A stretch of 61,152 bases of DNA, counting the filler, from Basidiobolus ranarum (lineage: Eukaryota): assembly GCA_040143965.1 (NCBI GenBank). It is 17 parts of 17 records of this genome, joined end to end, with 100 filler letters (N's around TTAATTAATTAA, not from the genome) between each part and the next. Parts side by side here need not be neighbours in the genome. Positions count along the whole stretch, not along the records: positions 46,877 to 50,373 come from JASJQH010009328.1; positions 50,474 to 53,967 come from JASJQH010009329.1; positions 54,068 to 57,560 come from JASJQH010009330.1; positions 57,661 to 61,152 come from JASJQH010009331.1; 13 more parts are not named here. One strand, given 5' to 3'. Shown here piece by piece: positions 48,430 through 61,152 of the stretch. The first letter of the stretch is position 1, and every line of letters begins with the position of its first letter. The notes under the pieces were generated by a model, which searched no databases, was not told the DNA's origin, and worked only from the letters and a program-made list of their open reading frames with translations. A program made the translations under genes and the position numbers.

Positions 48430-50373
48430 CTAAAAATATGATGGTATCTTGATATTTTCAAGCATTTTCCCAATCAATTCAAACTTTGATCCTATCTCAA
48501 ATGGCTCATTGATATTGAACTTTCCACTGTATAGCTGAGTGAGTAGTATTGGAATGTTGTTGAATTGTAAGTACATAGTGCCTAATGAGAAGCTCTGGCT
48601 CCGGCTGATCACCTTTAGCAATATAATCTTAGGCTTATGGCTAATACCAAGTTTGATGTTAGACTGACTATTAGGTGATTTGACATAAGTGATCATGTTG
48701 AAATCTGACTAGGCTCTAGGTGGTAAAATTGTGAAATTTAGTTTTGTATTTGGATAGTAGTAATTTACATGCCTGATAAAGTAGACTCTATTGATTTTAC
48801 AAAATCTACAGCAAGATAGTGGCTTGTGCCCACAAAAACCTCAAAGTTTACTGATGGCAGGTGTGTTGCCAATACATACAATGATATTAGCTTTAATATA
48901 ATATTCACCCATCTGCACCCCATTAGTTAACCATTCAAATTCTGCAATCAAAGTCTCCAAGAAGCTATCTATAAGCACTGCTAATTCAGGGCCAGATATG
49001 ATGAATAGTATCAAAATATTATAACTCTTATACCATCCCAATGGAGGAAGATTTAAGTTGATTAAAATTATTGGCCAGGAAGCTTGTTCAACAGTATATT
49101 TGTTTATTGAGAAACCATCCAGAGCCAATACAAATGCATGACCATAAGTGTTCTCAAAGAAAACTTGACTTTTTGAATTTTGGCAGTGATATCAATCAAG
49201 TATATTGGTAATACCATCAGCTTTATGGTGAGTACTTTGGCATTGGATCAATTAACTATATTTGGTGATTTCATCAAAACTTCAAGACAGGGAATCAATT
49301 GTATGTAAGCCAAATATAATTGATATTTACCTGATTCAGTGTTTGCCAATTGTGTGCAAACAGTATATGACTTCAGGCTTTTCAGACACAGGTGAAAGCC
49401 AAATAACCATTTGGACATGAAGGTAGCTTAATTACTGAAGGATTTCAAGTAATATCATTGACAAGTGTTTTCCACTTGTACCAGATCTGTGGAAAGCAAC
49501 AGTTGCCAATAAACTGTGGTAAAAGTGTAAGAAAACCAACAAACACCTGGTTACTAAGATTGGCTTGAACTCTCCACTCCTGAATGATCAAAGCTGCTTC
49601 CTCTATAGTAGGTGTTATGAGTGGACTAATACTTGCTGATAACAAAGAGTCTGTATCAAATCCAATGTCTTCTTCTTCAGCTTTGGATTTACTTCCCTCA
49701 GTACTGGAAAAACCAAGGTCAACATCCAGCAGAATGTCCTCAAAGTTGTTTGGACTGACCGGTTTGACCAAAGTTTCATTTCTGGCAACATCATTCTGGT
49801 CATATAACTGAGGTGACTCTACAGTATCTTGACTTTCATCAGTGTTACCAACACTTTGAGGCAAAGCACAGCTAGTGGACTCAGTGGGCAAAGCCAGATT
49901 TGATTTTGTGCCCTTATTACTGTTTATATTCACCAGGCTTTGTGCAGCTGGTGGCTTTGTACAGTGACTGTGCTAGTGATTATTATTTCTATAAAACCTT
50001 TGGCTTTCATAGCACAAGAATTTGTGACAAAAATAGTAGGGCTTCTTTAAATGTTTGTTTTGTGACATGACAAGGATATTATGGAAAAAAGAACATCTCC
50101 TACATGAGGGTGGTATTTTAGGTATAGCCCATCAATATCATCAGCTGATTCTGAGACGGTGTCATAGATGAGTCATCAGGGGATTTACAAGATATTTCTG
50201 GTAATTGATTGCAATTTTGGCTTATTATAAGCTGTTTCTGAGCAATTTTTTACACCAACTTTACCATCTGAAAATTTCAATACCATTCAAAAAGCATTCA
50301 AAATCAAAATGAAAATTGACTTCCAAGCCAAAGCCTGCTGGCACCAAGGGAAAAAAACCAGCAACAACAGAGG
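48430..50373 (-). mobile_element. Second Tnp2-type transposase copy, with upstream low-complexity N-terminal region
   Basis: ALDGF...WPIILINLNLPP...SGPE...DSFLETL...GNTPAISKL. Reverse complement of 47560-48258. The 49445-49933 region matches 52730-53133. Confidence 0.8.
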
Positions 50374-52099
50374 NNNNNNNNNNNNNNNNNNNNNNNNNNN
50401 NNNNNNNNNNNNNNNNNTTAATTAATTAANNNNNNNNNNNNNNNNNNNNNNNNNNNNNNNNNNNNNNNNNNNNATAGTGTTTCATGTTGGAGCAAGTCAT
50501 CTATCTTGAGGTTTGTGTTTTGCAGTTATTGCCTCTTGAATAACAGTAAAAGCTTCATCCCTTTTGACTGGCCATAGCATTGTTGCATGTTGAAAGGTAT
50601 TGGAGCAAGTCATCTACCTTGAGGTTAGTGCTTGACTGAGATGCTTTCATCAAACTTGATGACAGCAATAATAACTCTTTCTACTGGCCATTAGCTCTGT
50701 AGCATGTCAGAATGCATTGAACATATCTCTATCTTAAGGTTTGTGTTTGACTGGTGTGGCTTCTTCAGGCTCAAAAAGAGCTTCACTATCTCTTGCAAGC
50801 ACACTTTGTCTTGTTCTCATTGGTGTATGCATTATAACAGATTGCTGTCTTAGTAGTTTGATCTTAGATGGCAGAGCCACATCCAAAAAGTGGAAGTTTC
50901 AAAATTCTTAGTTTGCCTTTGTTACCATTGTGTGGTAATGTGCATTAAACTGATAAGCCCATTTGGTGGCATTCTCCTTGGAGTTAACTCTTTCCACATA
51001 TAAAAAGCTCACTTGTTTGTTCAGTTGAATCAACTAGATTGCATGCAAAGATTCTAGAGAAACCTCTTGATGATTCTTAATTGACTACTAGTTCTTTGCC
51101 AACAACAGGTGAAACAGCACGGACTTTACAAAGCTGGCATTGTTTTTGATGTGTACTACTGGGTGATACATCAACTTGTTGTGCTCTTGCCCTTTATGGG
51201 GAAGTTAGATCAATACCTGGGGTGAGTTATGTACATGCATCTTTTGATAATAGATACCTCCTCAGGTATTTCTTTGATTTGGAGTGATCAAGTAGATGTG
51301 GGCAATAGTCAGAACTGCACAAATTTGCCTTCCAAACATCTTCTGATTGAATAAATTGTCTTGGTTTTCTCTTTAAATCTTTGTTGATTACTTTTGCCAC
51401 AGTGTCCTGAGATGTTGTTTTGAACTCTGCAACCTCTATCAACAGTTGCTGCCAAGTCTCATTGGGCAGTGGTAGATATATATTAAGAACATCTTTTGTT
51501 TCTAAAGGGGAGGCTGAAATGGTTGATTTTGGTACATGGAGGCAAAAACACAATAAGTATTATAACTTTGCAGACTCATAATATAAAATCATGTCTTTTA
51601 AGTCATGTGCTTTATCCTCATGAGTATCATTATATATTTTCTAGCAGACCTCTGAAGGCATGAAGTTATTGTATTCTCTCTAAAGCAGTATCAAAGTTGC
51701 TTCCACTTTTGTTGGATGACCCCTTCTGTAACTGCTGTCAGGTTAATCATAGGCTCTCATATAATGGCACCATGTATACTTATAATGTTAGACTTCATTG
51801 GTTTCAATCAGAATTAGGGATTTTGGTATATTATTGGATAAAATGTGAAAGTTAATTTTCTATAGTGTGATCAAGCATGACTCATTTCCCATTTAGCTGT
51901 TTTGATACATATGTCTAATAATTTGATTCAGATCATAATACACTTAACTTTGTTGATGTGGTTAAATAACTTTGCATTTATACAAAATCCAAATAATTAT
52001 GATAATCAACACAAGCAACAATTTATCATAAACAATATAGGGAATATTACCAAGATAATAAAAATACATAGATACATATCATATGCAAACCAAATTGAT

Positions 52100-53967
52100 C
52101 TAAATTGTGCCAGCCCAATTGGAAATAAGTAGCATGCTCTCCATCTTCTCTAAATGGTCATTCCTTATTAATCCAAAAGCAACTACAGGCTTTCCTATCA
52201 CCACGTTAGGAGCTGTATCTGAGACATACTGTGGCTTATATTCATCCATATCTACCAGGAAGTGGTTGGCAATTTTATTTTTTTACCACAAAAACTATTA
52301 CCAAATCTGATTCCAATGTACTATAATTAGTAGTAAAAGTGGGAGAAGCTCCCAAAATAGGACATAAATAAGTGAAACGTGTCTAACATCAGTGATGAAT
52401 GATGTTGAGGGTGCCTGGGACAAGCAATTTAGAAACTGAAGTTGGCTTCCTAAAGAGATATAGCATTGATGGGAAGCTCTGGCTCCAGCTGATCCCCTAG
52501 AGCAAAATAATCTTTGGCTTATGGCTAATACCAAGTTTGATGTTAGATTGACTATTTGATGAATTAATATCAGTGAGAATGTTGAAATCTGACCTGACCT
52601 TGATGGTAAAACCATGGAGCTTAGTTTTGTATATGCATGGGAGTAATGTGTATGCCAGATAGAGTAAACTCCATTGATTTCACAGATTCTATAGCAAGAT
52701 AGTGCATTGTGCCTGCAAAAATCTCAACAATCAGAGCTGCTTCCTTTACTGTGAGTGTTATGAGTGGACTAATGCTTATTGATAATAAAGAGTCTGTAAC
52801 AAAATCATTGTCTTCTTCTTCAACCCCTCATATACTATCATTAGTACTGGAATAAACAAGTTCAACATCTAGCAGCATGTGCTCAAAGTTGCCTGGATTT
52901 ATTGATTTGACCAAAGTAAAATTACTACCTACATCATTTGGGTCATGTAACTGTGGTAGCTCCACAGTATCTTGACGTTTGGCAGTGTTACCAAAACTTT
53001 GAAGCAAAGCACAGCCAGTGGACTCAGTGGGCAAAACTACATTCAATTTTGTGCACTTATTATTGTTCATATTGACCAGGCTTTGTGCAGCTGTTGGCTT
53101 TGTACAGTGACTGTGCTTATGATTATTTTTCAATGAAGCCTCCTGCTTTCATAGCACAAGAAGTTGTGAAAATAATAGCAGGGCTTATTATAATGCTGGT
53201 TTTGTGGCATGAGAAGGATATTGTAGAAAAAAGAACACCTCCTATGTAAAGGTGACATATTAGGTATAGCCTAACAATATCATCTTATGATTCTGAGATG
53301 GTGTCACAGATGGGTCATCAGGGGATTTAAAAGATATTTCTGGTAATGGATGGCAATTTTGGTATATTATAAGCAGTTTCTGAGCAATTCCTTTACACCA
53401 AGCATACAATCTGAGAACTACAATGCCATTTAAAAAGTGTCCAACATCTAAATCAAAATTAGCATCCAAGCAAAAGCCTGCAGGCATGAAAGAAAAAAAA
53501 CCAGCAAGAAAAGAGGACTTAATTGATAGCAGTCTAGCAATCTGCTATCCACTTTACAAGGCACTTACATGCCTGAAACTATCTCAAGTAATGATGAAGC
53601 ATTAAGAAACTTACCAGATGTGTTTAATTCCAGAAATAGTGCAAGTGAAGAGATTGTAAGCCCACAATTTTGTAGTAAATCAGTAGTTGAGCAAAGTTCA
53701 CAGAAACACTGACAAGACCATCAACTTCCAAAATGGCAACTTTGCCAACTATCGCACAATCCTCTGTAGAAAATTTGGATAGAATTATTACAACAAGGGA
53801 GTTCCAGGCAGAGCACCATAACGATTTGTATGCAATCATTAGTAAAAACTACATAGCTGCTACACAGGCCATGACAAGCAATGAAGCCACAATATTGCAA
53901 TTAATGCAGCATTTGGAAGTAACTAGTCAACAGTTAGACAGTCCCTCAACAATGATACAAGACCTTC
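52100..53967 (-). mobile_element. Third, internally deleted copy of the Tnp2-type element with the divergent plus-strand ORF
   Basis: 52480-52730 matches 48580-48840; 52730-53400 matches 49590-50270; 53470-53967 matches 6087-6585. Confidence 0.75.
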
Positions 53968-54067
53968 NNNNNNNNNNNNNNNNNNNNNNNNNNNNNNNNN
54001 NNNNNNNNNNNTTAATTAATTAANNNNNNNNNNNNNNNNNNNNNNNNNNNNNNNNNNNNNNNNNNNN

Positions 54068-54265
54068 GTCCCAGGAACATGTGTGCAAAGTTTGGGGCTT
54101 CTAGCACAAGTTTCAAAAATCTATATATCTGAGAACTTCTAAGTTGGTAAAAATATTTTAAGCAAATTCCAATTGAGAATAATTGATAATATCATAGTGA
54201 GCTATGAGATAACTAATTACTAAGTTATATATGCCTATATAGGTGTTTAGGCAATGCTAATTTCA
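54068..54265 (-). repeat. Family A LTR fragment
   Basis: Reverse complement of about 16540-16740. A further diverged copy lies at about 59150-59480. Confidence 0.85.
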
Positions 54266-54629
54266 ATAGATACACACTTGTTGGATATGAGCTAAACCTT
54301 GGGTATCAAGAACTCTATAAGAATATTCAGGAGAATATATTACAGAAACTAGGAATTTTAAAGGTGATGAATTAACATTCAAGTGGTAAATGTGTAAAAT
54401 TTGAGGTACATTTTTTTGCACATGTTTTGATCCATAGTTTGTTGAGATTGTAGCCAATCATGTGCAACTATTTTGCAAGATCTTGAAATTTCACTCCTGA
54501 AACTGAAAAAATTGATTAAAATCAAATCTAACTTGATGGTTTTATGACAATAAGTAAACAGTTAATCCCAAATGGATTAAAATTGTGATGGTTTTCCTAC
54601 AATAACAATCCTCAAATTTCTGTTAGGGC

Positions 54630-55350
54630 TCTCAATACATCTTATCATGGATGCCAAAGACTTCTCAAGTGGTTTGTGATACCAGTTGTGGAATATGGAG
54701 TATATCTGCTCCCACTCAACCAGAGAGACTATTCAAAGCTTGATAGATTCATCAGCTATTGCCCCAGGCTGCTGATGTCTGACTTGACTGTGACTTCCTA
54801 AAATCATGCTCTAAATGGGACATTTAGATTCTTCCCATCTCATATCAGAATAGTGCAACTGAGGGCTAGACTTTTACTCCTACTAAATGACTGCAGAAGT
54901 TCACTGGTCAAGAAGTTGCTAGCCATGCCATCTTCAAATCCACTATCATGCTGGAAATTAATACAAGATGACCCTCTTATTTCTGAACTAGCTTTACAAC
55001 TGCATGAAACAAGACAGCCCAAAATTGTTGCTATGGACTTCCAGCTAGATCTTTGGAAGCAATATCTTGCCTCCAAGACACCTTTTTTGATCCCCATTAT
55101 TTGAGGTTTTTGTCCTATTCTCCATTTGGTTTGTACTGAGGATCTTCCTTTCTGCTTACCACAGGTGCCCCTTAACACTATATTTACATTCTCAGAGCTG
55201 GATTACATTGGCCATCAAGTCAAGTATGGATACAATCCAGTTTTGTCACCATATCTTAAAAAATTGATGTCTTGATTGTCACTTTGTTTAGATTAAAATA
55301 TAAGTTAGATAAAGTCCACACCACCTGGTGCTTTTCATCCCCTAACCCTG
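54630..55350 (+). mobile_element. Non-LTR retrotransposon (LINE-like) 3' fragment
   Basis: RLLKWFVIPVVEYGVYLLPL...KLDRF..YC.RL resembles the post-RT v.P.lEYg region of LINEs. The end TAAAGTCCACACCACCTGGTGCTTTTCATCCCCTAACCCT recurs at about 36100-36144. Confidence 0.5.
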
Positions 55351-55443
55351 ACCATACAATTGTTTACAACAGATAGTACTTATGGGATTCTAGTGAGACA
55401 TTTATTGGTTTAATTGATACTATGAGTAACAATAGTACCTGGC

Positions 55444-57239
55444 CTATTGTGCCAAAGTTTTAACAGGAGTTCTCGGTAGAGTTCCTTTCATTTCAGCAAT
55501 AACATAAGCCCATATAGCCATGGTTGCCGCATTTGCTGGCAAATCCGAGGCATCTAAAGCCTCCATTCGGTCACCTGCAGTATGATGATGATTGAAGTAC
55601 TTATCTTTGAAGGCATCACCTGCGGTAAAACTAGCTCTACCGTCGGAGGTAACGAACCCAACACAAGGTACGCCAGCTCGGGAGAGGATGTCTACATCTG
55701 CTCCAGATTTACCATTTACGACATTCCCCGCAGTGAAGCTTGAGAGGTACTTTGCTCCGATTTTACTAAGAACATGCTGGGCCTTGCCATTATCTTGAAC
55801 CAGTATTCCCCAGGGCTTATAATTACCCAAGTCAGATTCCATAGCAAATACATGCTTGCCAACCTGATTTTTATATTTTTCAAAATAGGTCCGTGCGCCA
55901 GTTGCTCCATACTCTTCATTCACCCAAAAGACAACTCTCACTAGTGATTTCAAGTCAATATCTATGCTTTACCCATACATAATGTAATGGCACTTACCAG
56001 TTCTACGCGGTGGAGTAGGTAATTGAGAAATGAGGCGAAGAGCTTCCCAACCAGTAAAAGCGCCACCACCATCATCTAAGGCACCAACACCAACATCCCA
56101 TGAATCTATATGCCCGCTAATGAGTACAATTTCGTCGGGCTTCTCGCGACCTTTGACATCAACAATAATATTACGAGAAACTTTTGATTTAGGTGTGTAA
56201 GTATTGTGTAGGCGTAGGTTCACACGTGGGCAGGGGAAATTTATCTTGTCGGCATATTGTGCTTCCTCAGATATTGATCGGTTATACATACGACCAAGCA
56301 GATTGGCATCTTCCACAGTGATGGATGCAGCAGGAATGCTAAAGATATGTTTAGCTATGATTTTTCAGAGAAAAAGTGGTTGGATGAAATGATCTACTAT
56401 ACTTGGCTCTAGTACTAGCACCTACATGAACGGTATTTAGAGAATACGGAGTAACTGATCTAACCAATACAGCAATGGCTCCATATTTCTCTGCATTTAC
56501 AGCTCCATTTACCCGGTAACCAACGCTTTCTCCATAGGAGATGAAGGGATTATTGAATAAGACCACTTTCCCTTTTACTGTGTCCTTTACTTCCTCAAGT
56601 TCGTTAAAGCTGCTGACTACTACGACATCAGCAGTTAACCCGTTACCATCGGTGCTAACTGATCGACCCAGTCCCTTGACGTCCAATTCAACTATACCAC
56701 GGGTGGGAGTAAATAATTTCAGCGATTCTTCTTGACGATGCCATACATCAATCTTAACTTTGGTTAGAATCAATGAAGTAGTTGTATTTTCCAAAACATA
56801 ACCCAACCTTGACATTTTGAGTAGTAACTATGAGATTCTTATCCTCCTTTTCGATCGTACGAATAATCCAATCGATTGACTAGCATGATAGTGTTTGCTT
56901 AGAGTTATTGAAGCTGAGATATACAATGACTAATGCCTACATCTTCAAGATTTTTAGAACCTGGAGGTCTGGCACCATAAAGATCAGTCATTTCCGCTAG
57001 CCGGTTCCAAACATTACTACATGATTATACAAGGAAGAGTTAATGGTCATTCCAAGAAGGCAGGCACAAAAGTGAGAATACTTGGATTTCAAGCCTGTCT
57101 CCTTCAGCTGTTCGACAGCTCTAGAAATGTATTCTTCGCTGGTGTGAGCTAAACTGTAGGCATTGCGGGTGTGATCAGTAGCAGCTAACACATAGAGCGC
57201 ACCCACACTAACGGAGAATATTTTTGAAATGTAAGTCAT
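55444..57239 (-). CDS. Carboxypeptidase Q-like M28 metallopeptidase with PA domain and signal peptide, multi-exon
   Basis: VWNRLAEMTDLYGARPPGSKNLE; PA domain VKGKVVLFN...GAIAVLVRS; Zn ligands SGHIDSWDVGVGALDDGGG, VNEEYG, MESDLG, YFNHHHTAGD. Short GT-AG introns separate the ORF pieces. Confidence 0.9.
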
Positions 57240-57751
57240 AGTTTCTCGGTTCTCAAAATGAATTGGAAAGCAGTAGATTCTTTGGAAGTACTTTATATTA
57301 ACGTGACTAATTTATGCATCCATTATTATTGGCGGCCATTTTCCTAGATTGGTAGAGCGTCGTTATATGTTTTTCCTTTCTACCGTTTAAGAAAACGGTG
57401 TTTGCGTATTACAATCAACTGTTGTCTCTTTCTGACTGTAACTCATACCGACTTATTGAAATCATGTGCATCAGTTACCTATCAAAGACTCAGCATTTCA
57501 TATATTATGAACAGTAACACACTGTGCTCATTCTCAAATAGCACACATTGTTCGGCTACTNNNNNNNNNNNNNNNNNNNNNNNNNNNNNNNNNNNNNNNN
57601 NNNNTTAATTAATTAANNNNNNNNNNNNNNNNNNNNNNNNNNNNNNNNNNNNNNNNNNNNCTTTATTTCTTGACAATAAACAATTATCTCACAAAGCTAT
57701 TCACAACTCCACTTTTCTAAAGTTCCTCTAAAAAGCCCATATTTTCCCAAT

Positions 57752-58589
57752 AAAATACACATATTCTGGATCAAACTTTGATCTGATGGGATATTCAGAT
57801 GCAAGTTGAGGAAGAGATATTGAAGACCAGAGTTCTACAACTGGATACTTATTTCTTTGCTATAATGGGGCTATTTCTGGAATTCAAATAAATAACCTAC
57901 TATAGCACTTTCAACAACAGAAGCAAAATACATAGCAATATGGTTAAGAAAACTCTTAACAGATTTAGGTTATTCTCAAAATTTACCAACTGCAATATTT
58001 CAAGATAATCAAAATTGCATCAAATTAGCTAAATATCCCATGTTTCATAATAGAGGCCTACATAGAGATATTAAGCATCACTTCATTAGAGAGACTATAG
58101 AGAATAAGTTTATTGGCTTAACTTATTGCTCTACAGAAGACATGATTGCTGATATATTAACCAAACCATTAGCTAGACAGAAATTTGGGATATTTAGACC
58201 TTTATTAGGATTAATTTATATGACTATTTAGTTAAGGGAGAGTGCTGAGATTAACATTTTCTAAGCTCCTATATAGTTATATATAGCTTAGTACTTAGTT
58301 ATCTTACATTTTGCCAAGATATTATCCATTATTCTCAATTGGAATTTAGTTGGAATATTTTACCAACTTAGAAGTCCTCAGATATATGTACTTTTCAAAC
58401 TTGTGCTAGAAGCCCCAAAATTTGCACACATGTTCCTGGGACCTTCCTTAACACATTCTATGTGTTAGTTTGTTTACATGTTTATAACAATATAAATGTC
58501 AACTTTCTACTTAATAAATCAATGAGTGAAAACCACCAATTCCTCTAATTCTCCAAACCACTTCCAACAGGCTCCCAAATACTTTAACA
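57752..58589 (+). mobile_element. Copia RNase H with family A LTR (58243-58589)
   Basis: DIKHHFIRETIENKFI..TYCSTEDMIADILTKPL; PPT AAGGGAGAG; LTR homology. Confidence 0.9.
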
Positions 58590-61152
58590 AATATGTGCAT
58601 ATGCAGAGATCAAATATATCAAGATACCAGCATTTTTTGATTTATATTATGGCTGGAATATGTGGCCTAAAATATGTAAATAAAGATATTCAAGTATACT
58701 AAAATTGATAAAGTAGTAGCCCAATTAAATGCTGGCCAGAAAAGGTATCTTTGCTAAATTTGTATGATTTAAAAATGTATGCCAGATATTTAGGATAATT
58801 ACTGTAACATAACTAAATACCATCAGAATACTGATATGATACCACCTATGGGCCATTATTAAATCTGGCAAAATATCAGCTGACAACTTTGTGATGGTTC
58901 TCTGATGGGATTACTGCCTGAGAGGGTGGATGCAATCCAGATCAAATTAATTTTACTTTTGTTTGGAAAAGTTGATGGTACATGGTCAATTTGATCAGTA
59001 TCCAATCAGAATGACTAAAGATAAGTAATCACAGGGACTTGGCACATGCCTTGTTGCTTCCTTCACAACATTTGCATATCTTAGGCCCTTGCCATAATCT
59101 CTGTTTTCATAGAATAATAATGTATTGTTGTCGAGTTGTAGAGTTCTTGCTGTCGAAGTATTTTAGGAGTTAATTAGGAATAGTTTGGAGAACTAGAAGA
59201 ATTGCTAGCTTTTACTTTTTGATTTATTGAGGAGAAAGTTGATATTTATAGTTTTGTCAAGCAGTAAGCAAAAGAGCATGCTAAATGTGTTAAGGGAGAT
59301 CCCGCGAGCTTGTGTGCAAAGTTTGGGGCTTCTAGAACAAGTTTGGAAAGCCTGTATATCTTTAAACTTCTGAGTAAGTTCCGATTGAGACTGGTGGGTA
59401 ATATCTCAGGGAAGTATGCAATAACTGAATACTAAGCTATATATGACTATGTAAGTGTTTAGGCTATGCTAACTTGAAAGCTTGTAACACCAACAGGATC
59501 GAAAATTGTGCATGAAAGAATAAATCAAGAATCTACCAGGAGGTACTAATCGCCGGCCCCTTGACTTGAACTGGGATGTATGAGAAAGCTAGGGTTTTTA
59601 GGAGAGTCTTGAAGTCATATATTGTCGTCAGCTGTTGACTATACTAATATTGTATTTCTAGTATTTAATTAGAATTAAATTATGAGCACGAAGTCTATAC
59701 CATATATACTATATAGAAGTATAGGATATCGATATTTACATAATAACACTTAGATTTGTTTGTCAAATACTCGGTTGTATATAGAAATCCTATATTCTTT
59801 GTAAGCAGCGAAATCGATAATTGTGAACCAATGACTGGGCGATAGTAGCAAGCACCCTATTCGGACGGGTTGATACCCAGTGAGAATGATTAGCGGCGAA
59901 ACAATCGTTACATCTTCGTATCATGTGGCTATCTGTTAGGTGTTCCTGAATAGTTAGGAATGGTGAAAAAAGCGACTTCTCTAGTGGTCGGATAAATGGA
60001 ATTTCTATACACAAAAGTATTTGGTTGGACTTGCCATATTTGGGATCAAGATTAGTCCTCTATGGTAGATAAACCAATCAAGAAGCTCTATCAAATCAAT
60101 GCTAGCGACCAGAAATAAAGTTGATCGAGGACAAGTGATCTAGTGAAATGAATACAGTCAACAATGCTTCCATAGCAAGATTCCCAGATCTCAGACATGC
60201 GATACCTCCTATTAGCCTTTAATAAGGTAATAGCTACAAATAGAGCGGAGAATCATTACTGTTTTTAGGATTCACAGAGCTTGATCAGCCACTGATTTGC
60301 TATATCGTCGATCATAAGAAAACACAATGGCATAAGCACTACTTGACTGTATGTTGTGACTTAGAGCAATGAAGGACTGATTCGTTAGGTTTGTCGCGCA
60401 GTCCAATAAGGAAATAACTCCAGTCAAGTTTAAGCGAACAGGCGAGCGGAAGCCCACCCTCTCCTACTAGCCGCATCTGCAGTACTCTCTGGTTTCTCAG
60501 CCCAGTTGCTCATACTCTTAGACTCGTTTGTGGGTTGCAAGGAAGAACCCCATTCTGATATTATTTGAATCTTTCAGCATAGTTTGCTCGTTAATCTCAA
60601 TCGTCTTACGTAGCCATTTCAATATTATCGAAGCAAGACATCATTGGTAGTCGGATTAAAGTTGAGGCCCATTTTTACTGATCGAAGTCAAACTGGTCCT
60701 TGTCATCAACAAATCCACTTAGCGAACCCGATTTCTCCATATCCAATCAGTAGTTCCCGACCTGTCAATCTCTGAGCTCGATTCTGAAATAGCGCCATTC
60801 AGGTGGACCGCGGACTAGGAATGTTCTAATGATGAAACCGAGGGTAGAGTACATTCTAAGCAATTTATAAAGTTAGTATAAGAGGAATCACTTTGCAATT
60901 CACTTTCTCATCCAAGTTTCACTTCTAAGTTTTGGTCTTAAAATCGCTGCTTTTATTCGTTATATTGGGCAGTATTAGTATCGCACATGGAAAATACTCA
61001 AGGAACCAGGTGTACAGACACAAACGCATCCTACTCATCAACTCATATAAACCCATATCTAATGCCCGGTTTCGATGAAACTTCCGTATACTCTTTTTCA
61101 AATTTACCAGCAGAACCTACATCCTCTATTGCACACCCTGCAATTACCGATC

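Noticed and set aside
59790-60830. Possible F-box/LRR-like pseudogene on the minus strand
   Set aside because: Only one weak LRR-like peptide (LNLTGVISLLDCATNLT) and many stops; not supportable.

Overview
This window is not one locus. It is 17 unrelated ~3.5 kb contigs, roughly sorted by decreasing length and joined by 100-bp artificial spacers (44N-TTAATTAATTAA-44N), so adjacency across spacers means nothing. The host looks like a repeat-rich fungus, probably early-diverging (inference from short GT-AG introns, a trifunctional FOL1, a BtgC-like GH17 and an HSF domain). Most of the DNA is decayed, CpG-depleted Ty1/copia elements (at least three LTR families), CACTA/Tnp2-type DNA transposon remnants and a LINE fragment. 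Host genes include a partial HSF, a FOL1 pseudogene, a partial BTB protein, a partial GH17, a secreted amidohydrolase and a carboxypeptidase Q-like M28 peptidase. The standout is contig 43279-46776: three tightly packed, intron-free, uninterrupted ORFs encoding an mRNA capping enzyme, an AEP/herpes-type primase and a miniaturised RNA polymerase largest subunit. It has an extreme C-rich/G-poor strand bias, and its left end is fused to a sequence that also occurs on another host contig. This looks like an endogenised large DNA virus (NCLDV-like) fragment. A second hidden element is a frameshifted N-terminal half of a Fanzor1-like (eukaryotic TnpB) gene at about 41098-41848. All family calls come from motif recognition by eye; no database searches were run.
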